Shown: positions 42,774 through 52,553 of the stretch, one piece after another | Position numbering within the stretch: position 1 is the first letter of the stretch | Layout of the letters: every line of letters begins with the position of its first letter | Source of the DNA: a virus | Strand: one strand, 5' to 3' | Virus record (IMG/VR): IMGVR_UViG_3300021375_000018 | Location: 1-64,000 of that record | Length of the DNA: 64,000 nt | Made by a program: the position numbers and the translations under genes | Notes under the pieces: model-generated | Told to the model about the DNA's origin: nothing | Database searches by the model: none | The model's input: the letters and a program-made list of their open reading frames with translations, nothing else

Positions 42774-42802
42774 GTGTAAATTTATTTTTATTTATTTATA
42801 AT
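42774..42802 (+). promoter_or_regulatory. Early/middle promoter GTGTAA-N17-TATAAT
   Basis: Exact motif upstream of thyX. Confidence 0.75.
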
Positions 42803-42822
42803 TATACAAAACAGGAGATTAA

Positions 42823-43533
42823 ATGAAGCATTATTTATATAATGACAAAGTTGGTTCAATAGAGCTGATTGATCATATGGGAAGTGATATTACTGTAGTT
42901 AATTCTGCAAGAGTTTCTTACGGTGTGCATAAAAAAGAGTTAGACAACAAAGATAAGAAGTTAATAAGCTATTTAATTAAACATAAACACACATCAACTT
43001 TAGAACATAATATAGCAACTTTTAGAATTAAAGTGCCTTTATTTATTAGAAGTCAGCATCATAGGCACAGAACATGGAGCTATAATGAAATATCAAGAAG
43101 ATATACAGAATTCAACATGGAGTTTTATGAACCTGAATCATTCAGAACTCAACACAAAATTAATAGACAAGCGTCTAATAATGAGTTAATTAATCCTAAT
43201 ATTATTTCAAAAGAAATAACAACTTTAATGACAGCTGATGTCCCTGTATTTACTTTAAGTGAAGCTGTTAAATATCATCATAATCAAAGTATTAACTTGT
43301 ATAATAGAATGCTGGATTTAGGTGTGAGTAAAGAGCAAGCAAGAGGAGTTTTACCACAAAATTTATATACTGAGTATTATGCAACAGCTAACTTGAATAA
43401 TATATTAAAGTTTGTTGGATTAAGATCTCACGAAGGAGCACAATGGGAAATACAAAAGCTTTCAGATTATATGTTAGAATTAATAAGAGGAATTTGGCCT
43501 GTTGTAGTTGACAGCTATATAAAAAATGTGTAA
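42823..43533 (+). CDS. thyX: Flavin-dependent thymidylate synthase
   Basis: ARVS, HTSTLEH, RHRTWSYNEISRRY, EQARGVLP, AQWEI. Confidence 0.95.
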   Translation: MKHYLYNDKVGSIELIDHMGSDITVVNSARVSYGVHKKELDNKDKKLISYLIKHKHTSTLEHNIATFRIKVPLFIRSQHHRHRTWSYNEISRRYTEFNMEFYEPESFRTQHKINRQASNNELINPNIISKEITTLMTADVPVFTLSEAVKYHHNQSINLYNRMLDLGVSKEQARGVLPQNLYTEYYATANLNNILKFVGLRSHEGAQWEIQKLSDYMLELIRGIWPVVVDSYIKNV

Positions 43534-43556
43534 AAACAAAAAAAGATTATTATAAT
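43528..43556 (+). promoter_or_regulatory. Early/middle promoter GTGTAA-N17-TATAAT
   Basis: Exact motif. Confidence 0.7.
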
Positions 43557-43596
43557 AACTTAATAATATTTACCATTAGCAAAGAAGGATTTTGAA

Positions 43597-43968
43597 ATGG
43601 ATAAAAATTTACTGCTAGAAAGCCATAAAGACTTAGAGATTATTCTTGTTAGATGTAGGATTATGATAGAAGACAGAGAAGATCCTACTGTGCTTGATAT
43701 AATGACAGAAATGAGAGCGTTAGAAGGTATTGTAACAGTTAGACAGACAAGACCTATAAGCGACACAGTAACAAACAATGGTCATAGAATAATAGAGCTT
43801 AATGTATCATATCTTCCAACTTTTATAGAAGGAAAAAACTCACAAAAAAAGCTTGTTAAAGTTTCGAAAGAATTTAAGAGTGTTGAGGGTATTGATATGG
43901 TAAAAGTTATAGAACATGATAATGATATAATAAACGCAAGACTAACAAAATCACCACTTATATTATAA
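43597..43968 (+). CDS. Hypothetical protein
   Basis: ORF with AAGGA RBS. Confidence 0.6.
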   Translation: MDKNLLLESHKDLEIILVRCRIMIEDREDPTVLDIMTEMRALEGIVTVRQTRPISDTVTNNGHRIIELNVSYLPTFIEGKNSQKKLVKVSKEFKSVEGIDMVKVIEHDNDIINARLTKSPLIL

Positions 43969-43977
43969 GGAGAAAAA

Positions 43978-44211
43978 ATGAAATCAAATAAGTTAGATGA
44001 TACAGTTGTATCACATATTGCAAAGTTGCTACAAGTAGCTTTATTAACTGGAACAGACATTATTGATCACATGAGAATGATTAGACTATCCCAACATACA
44101 CAAGACAATTCGGTCTTAGTATTAGAAGAAGAGTATAGAAAAATATTTGATAATACAATTGAAGTTATGATTGAAAATGCAAATAAAACATCTAGCGATG
44201 AAAGTATATAA
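43978..44211 (+). CDS. Hypothetical protein
   Basis: ORF with AAGGAG RBS. Confidence 0.6.
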   Translation: MKSNKLDDTVVSHIAKLLQVALLTGTDIIDHMRMIRLSQHTQDNSVLVLEEEYRKIFDNTIEVMIENANKTSSDESI

Positions 44212-44596
44212 ATTGAAAAAGTCTGATGATATGTTAGAACAAATATTTAATAATAGAGAATCTTTTATGCACTTAATAAAAGAAAAATATACGAAAGCTT
44301 ATCCAACATGGCCTGTTGATTTATCTTTAAAGCAGTCACAAACTGTTTGTAGAGAAACAGCTTTAAAAGGAGTTGAAGAAATGTTTGAAGCTTTAGGACA
44401 TCTTAAGAACTGGAAACCTCATAGACAAACCGATATGCCTGAAATTGATCGTGAAGAATTTTTAGAAGAAATTGTTGATGCTTTTAATTATTTTTTTAGT
44501 TTAATAATTCTTATAGGCGTAGATGTTGAAGAGTTTTACAAAGCTTTTAAGAAAAAAGACAAAGTTATTAGAGACCGTATTTTAAACGGATACTAA
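44171..44596 (+). CDS. All-alpha NTP pyrophosphatase (MazG / dimeric dUTPase-like)
   Basis: EEMFE..LKNWKPH and EEIVDAFNY acidic motifs. Confidence 0.7.
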   Translation: MKMQIKHLAMKVYKLKKSDDMLEQIFNNRESFMHLIKEKYTKAYPTWPVDLSLKQSQTVCRETALKGVEEMFEALGHLKNWKPHRQTDMPEIDREEFLEEIVDAFNYFFSLIILIGVDVEEFYKAFKKKDKVIRDRILNGY

Positions 44597-44598
44597 CT

Positions 44599-45243
44599 AT
44601 GATCAAGCTTGAACAAATTTACTATGAAAATAAATTTAGAGCTTCAAGCTTAACTAGGTTAATTTGGAAAGATATAATAGAAGAAGAAGTTATTTATTTT
44701 CTAGGACTAATGAAAAAGTTTTATTTAAACATAACTTTAGACTCTGTTGGCTATACGTTAATTATTTTTGATTCGTTGTTGTTTAAAAGAAAGACTGTAG
44801 AAAAAAAGATTATATACAACCACTACTTTTTTAATAATTTAATGACATCAATAACTATTGATATTACGTTTAATAATCATAATAAGTATATGATTGTTAA
44901 AGATCAAACAAGATTTTTTTACTCAGAAAGCGATAACTTTGATCCTGGTATTGTTGATTGTAGTATTGAAGTAAATTGTTCAGTACAGTCAGTTAACGAA
45001 TTCAAGAAAAGTCTATTACCATCGCTGTCAAGAGAAGTGCAATATTCAATATTAAGAAATATAAATGGTATTTCTCTTGAAAGTGAAAATAGAATATTAA
45101 ACTTCGCAGAATTTGAATACTTTTTATTATATACAGAAATATCTCAAAAAGATTTTATTGGGTATATTAACAAAGTTGTAAAAGAAAAAAGCACTAAAAA
45201 AGACATAATTTCAATATACAAACAGATAAAAGGGATTAAATGA
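44599..45243 (+). CDS. Hypothetical protein
   Basis: ORF within the nucleotide operon. Confidence 0.5.
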   Translation: MIKLEQIYYENKFRASSLTRLIWKDIIEEEVIYFLGLMKKFYLNITLDSVGYTLIIFDSLLFKRKTVEKKIIYNHYFFNNLMTSITIDITFNNHNKYMIVKDQTRFFYSESDNFDPGIVDCSIEVNCSVQSVNEFKKSLLPSLSREVQYSILRNINGISLESENRILNFAEFEYFLLYTEISQKDFIGYINKVVKEKSTKKDIISIYKQIKGIK

Positions 45244-46181
45244 ACTTTAATAACTTGCTAGAAAAACATAAAGAATTTACTAAAGACTACTATACAACAG
45301 ACCTGCTTTTAGACAAACAAAAAGAAGAATTGCTAAAAACTTTATGTCTTGCGCTTCATCATGAAGTATCACAAATAGTATCAGCAACTAACTTTAAAGT
45401 ATTTGATAAGTCTACATACGAGACTAATAAAAATAAAGTAATATATAACTCAGTAGACTCTTTTAGATATATTTTAGCTATATTAGGCCTTTACAACATA
45501 TCATCAGATGAATTTATAGAAGCGTATAAAGAAAAAGATCTTTATCTAAAGAAAAGAAAACATTTGAAACAACAAATTGAAGGTCAACCTGTAGCAATAA
45601 TTGACATTGATGATATCTTATGTGAATTTAGAGCTTACTTTAATGAATGGTTATATAAAACATATAATATAAAAATAGATAAAAACAGTACCTCATATTA
45701 TTCTTCTAAAGAAGTTAAAGATTATGGAATGAGTCCAGAAGGTGTTTTTGAAAGCTTTATCCAAGAAGATCAACTTTTAAATATACCTGCGATATATGAT
45801 TCCATTGAAGCAATTAATATATTAAAAGAAAACAATTATTACATTCAGTTGCTTACAAGTAGACCTGAAGAAAATTTAAAATGTAAATATCAAACGTACA
45901 TGTGGTTAGACAATAACGGGATTAGTTTTGACAGCTTGGCTTTTGCTTCTGAGAAGTACATATGGGTTGCAAAGCAAAGTTATTATACTACAGGTGATGT
46001 AAAGTTTGCTATAGATGATAGTCCTAAACATTCAATGGAATACGCTACACATGATATTGATGTTTTAATGCCTAATTTACCATACAATAAGAATGTATCA
46101 CATGAAAACGTTAAGATATTTGAAAGAAATGAAATGACATGTTTGATAAAAAGAATTATTAAAAAGTGTAAATCAATATAA
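45240..46181 (+). CDS. MazG-like N-domain fused to a HAD-family 5'(3')-deoxyribonucleotidase
   Basis: HAD motifs IDIDDIL, LTSR, K, IDD; degenerate helical N-domain. Confidence 0.65.
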   Translation: MNFNNLLEKHKEFTKDYYTTDLLLDKQKEELLKTLCLALHHEVSQIVSATNFKVFDKSTYETNKNKVIYNSVDSFRYILAILGLYNISSDEFIEAYKEKDLYLKKRKHLKQQIEGQPVAIIDIDDILCEFRAYFNEWLYKTYNIKIDKNSTSYYSSKEVKDYGMSPEGVFESFIQEDQLLNIPAIYDSIEAINILKENNYYIQLLTSRPEENLKCKYQTYMWLDNNGISFDSLAFASEKYIWVAKQSYYTTGDVKFAIDDSPKHSMEYATHDIDVLMPNLPYNKNVSHENVKIFERNEMTCLIKRIIKKCKSI

Positions 46182-46194
46182 AAAAAATTATAAT
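46166..46194 (+). promoter_or_regulatory. Early/middle promoter GTGTAA-N17-TATAAT
   Basis: Exact motif upstream of the ThyX-like paralog. Confidence 0.7.
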
Positions 46195-46223
46195 AAAAAC
46201 ACAATAAACAAGGAGAATAAAAA

Positions 46224-47198
46224 TTGCCTATTAATAATAAATTAGATCCTGTAAAATTACCAATGAAACTTAAATTCAATCAAGAAGTAAAAACAAAATT
46301 TATAAACAATCTTGATTCTTTAAATATAGAGTTAATTGAAGGTCCAACTAGACATCAAGCAATGAATATTGCATGGAATATGACTAAAGCAACTTGGGCT
46401 GATGATCCTTCATTAACACAATTAAGTCCATTCCAACTTAAAGAAGCATCTCAAAATCTACAAGATGTATTAAACTTTAGAGCACTTCCTACTCCTATGG
46501 AATGTCTAGGCTTTACATTTAAAATCAGCGGAATTGATACTCAAACTGTTACTCATTTAATTAGACATAGAGCAGGATCATTTGCTGCACAGTGCACAGG
46601 TGATAGAGATCTTAGATTTGACAATATTTTAGTTCCTGAATCTGTAGAAAATTCAACTTTTTATAATAGATTTCAAAAAATTGCTAACGATGCAAAAAAA
46701 CTATACGCAGACATGACAGATAGTAAGTGTATCTCAATGATGGACGCTCGAGTAATTCTTCCTAAATGCACAGAAACATTTTACATTGCTAGATTCAATC
46801 TTAAAGATTTGATTGGGTTTATCAAACAACGTCAAGATGTTCAAATTCAACCTGAGGTTGATAACATAATTGCAACAAGAATTGCGAGATTAGTTGTTGA
46901 TAGAATTCCTGAAGTTTCTACATGTTTAGACTTTGAAAAACCTGATATGCACTATGTTCGAACATTTAGAGTTGAAATGCCTAATGGCGAGTATACTTCA
47001 AGAGGCACTAACTTGTACCAACCAGAACCTAAAAATGATTTATTTGAATATAACGTGAATGATTCTATTTATCAATGTAGAAGAGAAGAGCTCAACGGAG
47101 ATGTTCCTACAGATAACTCTAAAAACTTTACAATTATGTGGAACAAAGACGTACAATATATTAGTAATATTAAGAAACAATTTGAGGTGACCCTATGA
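46224..47198 (+). CDS. ThyX-fold paralog with altered signature
   Basis: HLIRHRAGSFAAQCTGDR (Cys where ThyX has Ser), DARVILP, QPE; TTG start with AAGGAG RBS. Confidence 0.7.
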   Translation: MPINNKLDPVKLPMKLKFNQEVKTKFINNLDSLNIELIEGPTRHQAMNIAWNMTKATWADDPSLTQLSPFQLKEASQNLQDVLNFRALPTPMECLGFTFKISGIDTQTVTHLIRHRAGSFAAQCTGDRDLRFDNILVPESVENSTFYNRFQKIANDAKKLYADMTDSKCISMMDARVILPKCTETFYIARFNLKDLIGFIKQRQDVQIQPEVDNIIATRIARLVVDRIPEVSTCLDFEKPDMHYVRTFRVEMPNGEYTSRGTNLYQPEPKNDLFEYNVNDSIYQCRREELNGDVPTDNSKNFTIMWNKDVQYISNIKKQFEVTL

Positions 47199-47641
47199 AA
47201 ATTTATTTAGCAAGTGGATGGTTTAATCCAGCGCAAGCAGAAGAATTAACACAATTAGAAAGAATATTTGACGAAAGAGAATCTTTCTTTGATTTAGCGT
47301 CACCTAGAAGAATATTTGTATGTCCTCCAAATGCACCACAATCAGTTCAAGATGACACTTTCAAAGGAAATCTTCATCATATTGAAACAGCTGATTTTGT
47401 CCTAGTAAACACTAGAGACAAAGATATTGGTACAATTTGGGAAGCTGGTTACGCATACGCTCATAAAAAACCAATCATATATTTTTGTGCTGGCTTACCT
47501 GACGGCGCTAAATTTAATTTAATGTTAGCTAAAAGCGGAATTAAAGTTTGCACTTCTTTAGAAGAGCTTGAAGTGTATCTTGATAGAGTTATCAAAATAC
47601 AAGAACTAATAAATGAGCCTTATAACAAAAGTATAGAGTAA
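47195..47641 (+). CDS. Nucleoside 2-deoxyribosyltransferase / nucleotide N-glycosidase family protein
   Basis: KIYLASGWF, DIGTIWEAGYAYA.KKPI, NLML. Confidence 0.85.
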   Translation: MKIYLASGWFNPAQAEELTQLERIFDERESFFDLASPRRIFVCPPNAPQSVQDDTFKGNLHHIETADFVLVNTRDKDIGTIWEAGYAYAHKKPIIYFCAGLPDGAKFNLMLAKSGIKVCTSLEELEVYLDRVIKIQELINEPYNKSIE

Positions 47642-47644
47642 ATA

Positions 47645-47863
47645 ATGAGCACAAAATCAACTATATTTCACAACAATAAATTACATTTCTATAAAGATGT
47701 TTTTGATGAAGAAAGTGTATATCTAGATCTATATGATATAGAAGAAGCGTCTATACAAATATTTACAAATTACTCGTCTAATGATAAAAAAAACAAAATT
47801 ACTATTAAGATAGAAAAAAAAGACTTTCAGTCTATTATAGAAAAAATTAAATCAATAAAATAA
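47645..47863 (+). CDS. Hypothetical protein
   Basis: ORF in operon. Confidence 0.5.
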   Translation: MSTKSTIFHNNKLHFYKDVFDEESVYLDLYDIEEASIQIFTNYSSNDKKNKITIKIEKKDFQSIIEKIKSIK

Positions 47864-47885
47864 AAAACTAAATTGTGGAGCTAAA

Positions 47886-48869
47886 ATGAGAATAGCAATA
47901 ACAGGTGAAGACGGCTTTATAGCAAGTAACTTAATTAATAAAATAATTGATTTTGACCATTCATTTGTTTCATTAAAAAAACACGCATACTTTTTATCTT
48001 CTAGATTAAGTGATACTAACGAACCTTGTGTTCATAGTAATACAGAGGAGAATTGGTATAGAACTTTCACTACATTAGACATAGATGTAATTGTTCACAA
48101 CGCAGCTATTGTAGGAACTGATGTTGTTGCTTTAAATGGAAAAGACTCAAACTTAACAAACATTTATGGGACGCAAGTAATTACAAATGCAGCAAATAGA
48201 GCAGGTATTTTAAATGTTTACATAGGCACATCAGTAATATACGACACTAAAATATATCAAGACAAAGAAATAACTGAAGAAAGCGTAGTATTTCCTAGAA
48301 CTCTTTACGCTATTCAAAAGCATGCAGGAGAAATGATTGTTAGAAACACAGCAAAAGAGTATCTAGTAATTAGACCTTTATTTGCTTACGGTGGTGAAGG
48401 TGATATGAACTCTTTAATTGCAAAGTCAATGTTTGCTGTAAAAAACAATATAGAAAAAGTTGACATGTTTTTAGATCCAGAAAAAATAAAAGATTATATG
48501 CATGTAATGGATTTTTGTCACGCAATTATGACTGCTGTAGATTCTAATATTAGAAATAATGATTATAACGTTTCAGCAAACAATCCCTATAAGACTTCAA
48601 TAATTATTGACAAAGTACAAAGTCATATTAATGCTGATCTTAGTAACATTTTAAAATGGCATAAAGAAACTGATTACTTAGGAAATCATAGACTTTCAAG
48701 TGATAAATTTAGAAAAGATTTTGACTGGAAAAATCAAATATCTTTCGACGAAGGTATAGCAATATCATGGAAGTCAATACAAAATTCTAGTGATGACTAT
48801 AATCCTTTAAAATACTTAGAGCAAGCTAAAGAATCAAATATAAATTTAAAAAATTTCTTTCCTAAATAA
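47886..48869 (+). CDS. NAD-dependent epimerase/dehydratase (extended SDR)
   Basis: ITGEDGFIA, HNAA, YAIQK (YxxxK), DYMHVMD. Confidence 0.85.
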   Translation: MRIAITGEDGFIASNLINKIIDFDHSFVSLKKHAYFLSSRLSDTNEPCVHSNTEENWYRTFTTLDIDVIVHNAAIVGTDVVALNGKDSNLTNIYGTQVITNAANRAGILNVYIGTSVIYDTKIYQDKEITEESVVFPRTLYAIQKHAGEMIVRNTAKEYLVIRPLFAYGGEGDMNSLIAKSMFAVKNNIEKVDMFLDPEKIKDYMHVMDFCHAIMTAVDSNIRNNDYNVSANNPYKTSIIIDKVQSHINADLSNILKWHKETDYLGNHRLSSDKFRKDFDWKNQISFDEGIAISWKSIQNSSDDYNPLKYLEQAKESNINLKNFFPK

Positions 48870-48872
48870 AAT

Positions 48873-50039
48873 TTACGTTAGCTTGCCGTCTATAATAATT
48901 ATTTTGTTTTTAAAATATTCAAACCATTTATCGACAGCGGGTTTTACGTTTTCAATTAAACTTATTAAAACTTTATTAATGTTATCTTTTTTAAATTTGT
49001 TAAATTCTTCTTCGCTTTCAAGAATCTTAGTCAAATAATCTTCTTCTAAATGTAAACTTAAAAAATAATTACTATATTCATGATTTTTTTTATTTTCAAC
49101 TATGTCTTGTAATTCTTTTCTGCTTACGTGAGTATTTTCTAAAAAATTTAATGCATCTTGCTCTGACATATATATAATTTGAGAATATACAGATGCTGAA
49201 TTGTCACCTGTTAGAAATGATTCTTCCATTCCTTTTACTTTAAAAAAACAATCAATTCCCTTATCTTCATGTTCTTCTGGATTGTTATCTGGCATCTTAA
49301 CTTTATAATTATTTTTATTTTTTTTAACTTGTCTAGCCAAAGTTCCAAAAAGATGCATAAAATCGTGAGAAAATAGCCACTTTAAAAAAGATTCTTGTGT
49401 ATCTTCACTTAGCTTGCTAATTTTAAATAAACCTCCAGTTGAAGTTTCAAATTCATAGCTAAAGTAACTTGCGTGAATTGAAAGAAAGCAAGGAAGATCA
49501 TCATCTTTACTTCCACACATTATACTTTTTATTTCGTTGAAAAAAGCTTCTAAGTCTTCTGTTATTTCTTTTTTTGAAAAGTAACCTTTTTGTAGACTAA
49601 ATCTTAAGTCCCCGTAAGAAGAATCTTGTACATCACCATATTCATTAGGCTTACCAAGATCATATTCTTCATATTCTTCGTTATTAGAATCTTTGTAAAA
49701 CTCTATAATATCTTTTTTTATTAAATTGTAATTAAATTCACTTTTTTCAAGAATATAAATATCCTCTCCCGTTATTGCGTTTTTTTTGTATATACTGTGC
49801 TTTTCATGTACGTTAGGAAAAACATTCTCTAATCTTGTTTGATAATTGTTATCTGGGACTGGAATAGTAATTAAGTGTGCAGGATAATTTAGATTTTTTA
49901 AAACACTTTTACCAAAATCTGATATTTCACCTTCAAAGCCTTCACCTGCTCTAAACGAATGAATGCTTCTTTCACTAATAAAATTATTTCTCCACTCAAT
50001 CAATAACTCTTTAAATTCTCTTCTACTCAACTTATTCAT
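48873..50039 (-). CDS. Leader-family protein (MNKLSRREFKELLIEWRNNFISE...)
   Basis: Shared N-terminal leader and AAGGATTATAAATG RBS; acidic body. Confidence 0.7.
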   Translation of the reverse strand: MNKLSRREFKELLIEWRNNFISERSIHSFRAGEGFEGEISDFGKSVLKNLNYPAHLITIPVPDNNYQTRLENVFPNVHEKHSIYKKNAITGEDIYILEKSEFNYNLIKKDIIEFYKDSNNEEYEEYDLGKPNEYGDVQDSSYGDLRFSLQKGYFSKKEITEDLEAFFNEIKSIMCGSKDDDLPCFLSIHASYFSYEFETSTGGLFKISKLSEDTQESFLKWLFSHDFMHLFGTLARQVKKNKNNYKVKMPDNNPEEHEDKGIDCFFKVKGMEESFLTGDNSASVYSQIIYMSEQDALNFLENTHVSRKELQDIVENKKNHEYSNYFLSLHLEEDYLTKILESEEEFNKFKKDNINKVLISLIENVKPAVDKWFEYFKNKIIIIDGKLT

Positions 50040-50133
50040 TTATAATCCTTGTTTGATTTAACAATATATATATTAATCATATAACAAATTATTTTTTACT
50101 CGACATACTTACCCTATAAAGGAGGAATCTTTT

Positions 50134-50913
50134 ATGGGAAGAAAAAGTAATAAAGTATTATTAACATGTATACATTGTAAAAAAGAATATAAAATTGCGC
50201 CGTCTAAAGCAAAAAGCTCTAAATTCTGCGCAAAAGAGTGTATGGACAATTCTAGAGATGAAAAAATTACTTACAAATGCAAAGTATGTAGCAAAGAATT
50301 TAAGTCAGGAAGACCTAAAACTTATTGTTCAAGAGTATGTTATGAAAAAGATGTTAAAAAAGAAAGAGTAGATTTGAAATGTCATAGCTGTGGTAAAGAC
50401 TATAAAAAGCCAAAGGGCAGAGAAACAAAATATTGCAGCAGAGATTGCACGTTTATAGCTCAAAGTAGCGGTCTCGCTGATATACCTTCAAATGGTAGAA
50501 AAGGATTTAGAAAAGACTTAAACCCTAAGTACTTCTTTAAGTCTTCTTTAGAAGCTGACTATGCTAGATACTGTGATGCAATAGGCAAAAAGTACATTTA
50601 TGAACACAAGACGTTTAAAGTTTCGTACGGAAACAAAGAAAAAGTTTATACTCCTGATTTTTATCATCCAGACGAAGACAAATACGTTGAAACAAAAGCA
50701 ATTAGAAGAGATAGAAAATTCAATTCAAACTTGTTAGCTGCTGATATTTTAAAGCAACAAGGTATTAATATTGACGTTGTTTTAATGGATGAATTTTATA
50801 GACTTATAAAACAAAGTGGTCATTACTGGCTAATCGACAATATTGAAAACAAAAACTATGATGGCACTAGACATCTAATATATTTAAAAAAGAAAGTTAA
50901 TAGTAGTGTTTAA
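50134..50913 (+). CDS. Zinc-finger-repeat PD-(D/E)XK endonuclease (free-standing homing endonuclease-like)
   Basis: Several CxxC..YCS.xC repeats; FKSSLEADYAR, YTPDF, VETK; paralog of 61483..62406. Confidence 0.75.
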   Translation: MGRKSNKVLLTCIHCKKEYKIAPSKAKSSKFCAKECMDNSRDEKITYKCKVCSKEFKSGRPKTYCSRVCYEKDVKKERVDLKCHSCGKDYKKPKGRETKYCSRDCTFIAQSSGLADIPSNGRKGFRKDLNPKYFFKSSLEADYARYCDAIGKKYIYEHKTFKVSYGNKEKVYTPDFYHPDEDKYVETKAIRRDRKFNSNLLAADILKQQGINIDVVLMDEFYRLIKQSGHYWLIDNIENKNYDGTRHLIYLKKKVNSSV

Positions 50914-51097
50914 AGTTAATGAATTAGTTAAAATTTATCTTGGGCCAACAAGATCTTTATGCCGTAGAAGTAAAAGTACTTACTCAATAGGCTTAGTACT
51001 TAATAAGAATGAAAGTATAGAAGAAAGTTATGTATATGAAATATTAGTAGATAATAATAGGATTTATATGATAGATCACTATATAAAAAAGATATGA
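50906..51097 (+). CDS. Small hypothetical protein
   Basis: ORF track; FKVNELVK..G start. Confidence 0.4.
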   Translation: MFKVNELVKIYLGPTRSLCRRSKSTYSIGLVLNKNESIEESYVYEILVDNNRIYMIDHYIKKI

Positions 51098-51101
51098 TTT
51101 A

Positions 51102-51218
51102 TTATGAGCCTAAGTTTCCAGCAAACAATATTTTGTTCTTTATTAATGACATTCCTTCAATAGCTTCTTTAGTCAAGTTATAGAACTCTTTAAATTCTCT
51201 TCTACACATTCTATTCAT
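51102..51218 (-). pseudogene. Leader-like mini-ORF MNRMCRREFKEFYNLTKE... (38 aa)
   Basis: Manual translation; nucleotide block aactctttaaattctcttct shared with other leaders. Confidence 0.45.
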
Positions 51219-51244
51219 AAAATAAAACTTTCTTATAGCTAATA

Positions 51245-51580
51245 TTATTTTTTCTTTTTAGCTTTTGATTTTTTTACACAAGCCCAAGGTTTAGAAGGCG
51301 TTGCAGAATTAACTCTTGCCATTGCCCATTGATGTTGTGTCATTCCGGGTCTACTTCCGCTTGTATAAAATGCAGCTAATCCTTTTCTATACTCTTGATA
51401 AACTGAACCGGGAGTAAGACCTCTACTTTCAGCTTTCTTTTTTAAAGTAGCTTTTGTTTTAGCAGAAAGACCACCCGCTGATGATTTTCTTTGTGCAGCT
51501 TTTCTTTTCTTTTTTTTTTTTTTAGCTTCATCTAGTAAAGCTTCTTTAATAAATTCTTCTAATAAAATTAAATCTTCCAT
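51245..51580 (-). CDS. Basic protein with LLEEFIKEALLDE leader
   Basis: Lys-rich; YRKGLAAFYTSGSRPG..QHQWAMARVNS domain. Confidence 0.7.
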   Translation of the reverse strand: MEDLILLEEFIKEALLDEAKKKKKKRKAAQRKSSAGGLSAKTKATLKKKAESRGLTPGSVYQEYRKGLAAFYTSGSRPGMTQHQWAMARVNSATPSKPWACVKKSKAKKKK

Positions 51581-51582
51581 TT

Positions 51583-51861
51583 TTAACTCTTTTTCGTATC
51601 ATATCTAGGTGTGTTTGTCCAGCTTTTCTTTTTTCTTTCTTTTTCTTCTTGATCATCTCGAATTTTATACGAAAGTGCTCTTTTAGCTGGATCTTTACTT
51701 TTAGCAAGTTTAGTAGCTCTGTCTAATGTCTTTTTTCTTTTACCTTTAGCCTTATATTGACTTGGGTATTTATTAGACTTTTTTCTTTTCTTTTTTTTAT
51801 TTTTAGCTTCATCTAGTAAAGCTTCTTTAATAAATTCTTCTAACAAAAATAAATTATTCAT
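51583..51861 (-). CDS. Basic protein with an identical LLEEFIKEALLDEAK leader
   Basis: About 42 bp of leader DNA identical to the neighbour's (51521-62 vs 51802-43). Confidence 0.65.
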   Translation of the reverse strand: MNNLFLLEEFIKEALLDEAKNKKKKRKKSNKYPSQYKAKGKRKKTLDRATKLAKSKDPAKRALSYKIRDDQEEKERKKKSWTNTPRYDTKKS

Positions 51862-51879
51862 AATAACCTCTAAAAATAA

Positions 51880-52269
51880 TTATTTCTTTAATTTAGATTT
51901 ATTTAATCTTTTTGTTTTTCTTTTTGAAGCTTCTTTTCTTTGTTTAGCATAGTCATACGCTCTTTTAAGACGAGCTTTTGTTTTTGGATCTTTTGCATTC
52001 TTATAAGCAGCTCTAACTCTTTGATGTATTAAATTTATAATTTGAGATTGTCTTACATGAGATTTTGATTTAAAAGACTTTTTTGATAAAGTTTTTCTGA
52101 TGTCTGAAGCAGTTCTAAATTTTACACTTACAGTATCTTTAGGATTTTCATCTGTATATAATCTTCTGGCGCTACCTTTTGGTTTTTTTCCAGTACCTGT
52201 TTTAGGATCACGCTTTTTCCTAACTTCGTACAATAAAACTTCTAAAATGTAGCTTTCTAGATTATTCAT
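51880..52269 (-). CDS. Basic protein (LYTDENPKDTV motif)
   Basis: LESYILEVLLYE leader; K/R-rich. Confidence 0.65.
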   Translation of the reverse strand: MNNLESYILEVLLYEVRKKRDPKTGTGKKPKGSARRLYTDENPKDTVSVKFRTASDIRKTLSKKSFKSKSHVRQSQIINLIHQRVRAAYKNAKDPKTKARLKRAYDYAKQRKEASKRKTKRLNKSKLKK

Positions 52270-52553
52270 TTATATTTTTTAACCTCAATAATTAGTTTTG
52301 TTCTGTTTTTATTAATTATTCTATGCCAAGTATAACTAGGTATTTTATAGACACTGTCATTAGACATTAAAACAGGCAGCTCATTGTCCATTTGTATGTA
52401 CCACTCTTCACCTTCTTTTAAAATAATGTCTCTATCTTCTTTATCTCTATGCCAAACTAATTCTTTATCATCTAAGTTTTTATTAAATGTTCTTTCTACT
52501 AAAATAAAACTATTGTTTTCTTCTATTGATTTCTCTTCAAAAGGTAAATTCAT
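52266..52553 (-). CDS. Small cupin-like protein
   Basis: LVWHRDKEDR...IP..WHRII pattern. Confidence 0.6.
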   Translation of the reverse strand: MNLPFEEKSIEENNSFILVERTFNKNLDDKELVWHRDKEDRDIILKEGEEWYIQMDNELPVLMSNDSVYKIPSYTWHRIINKNRTKLIIEVKKYK

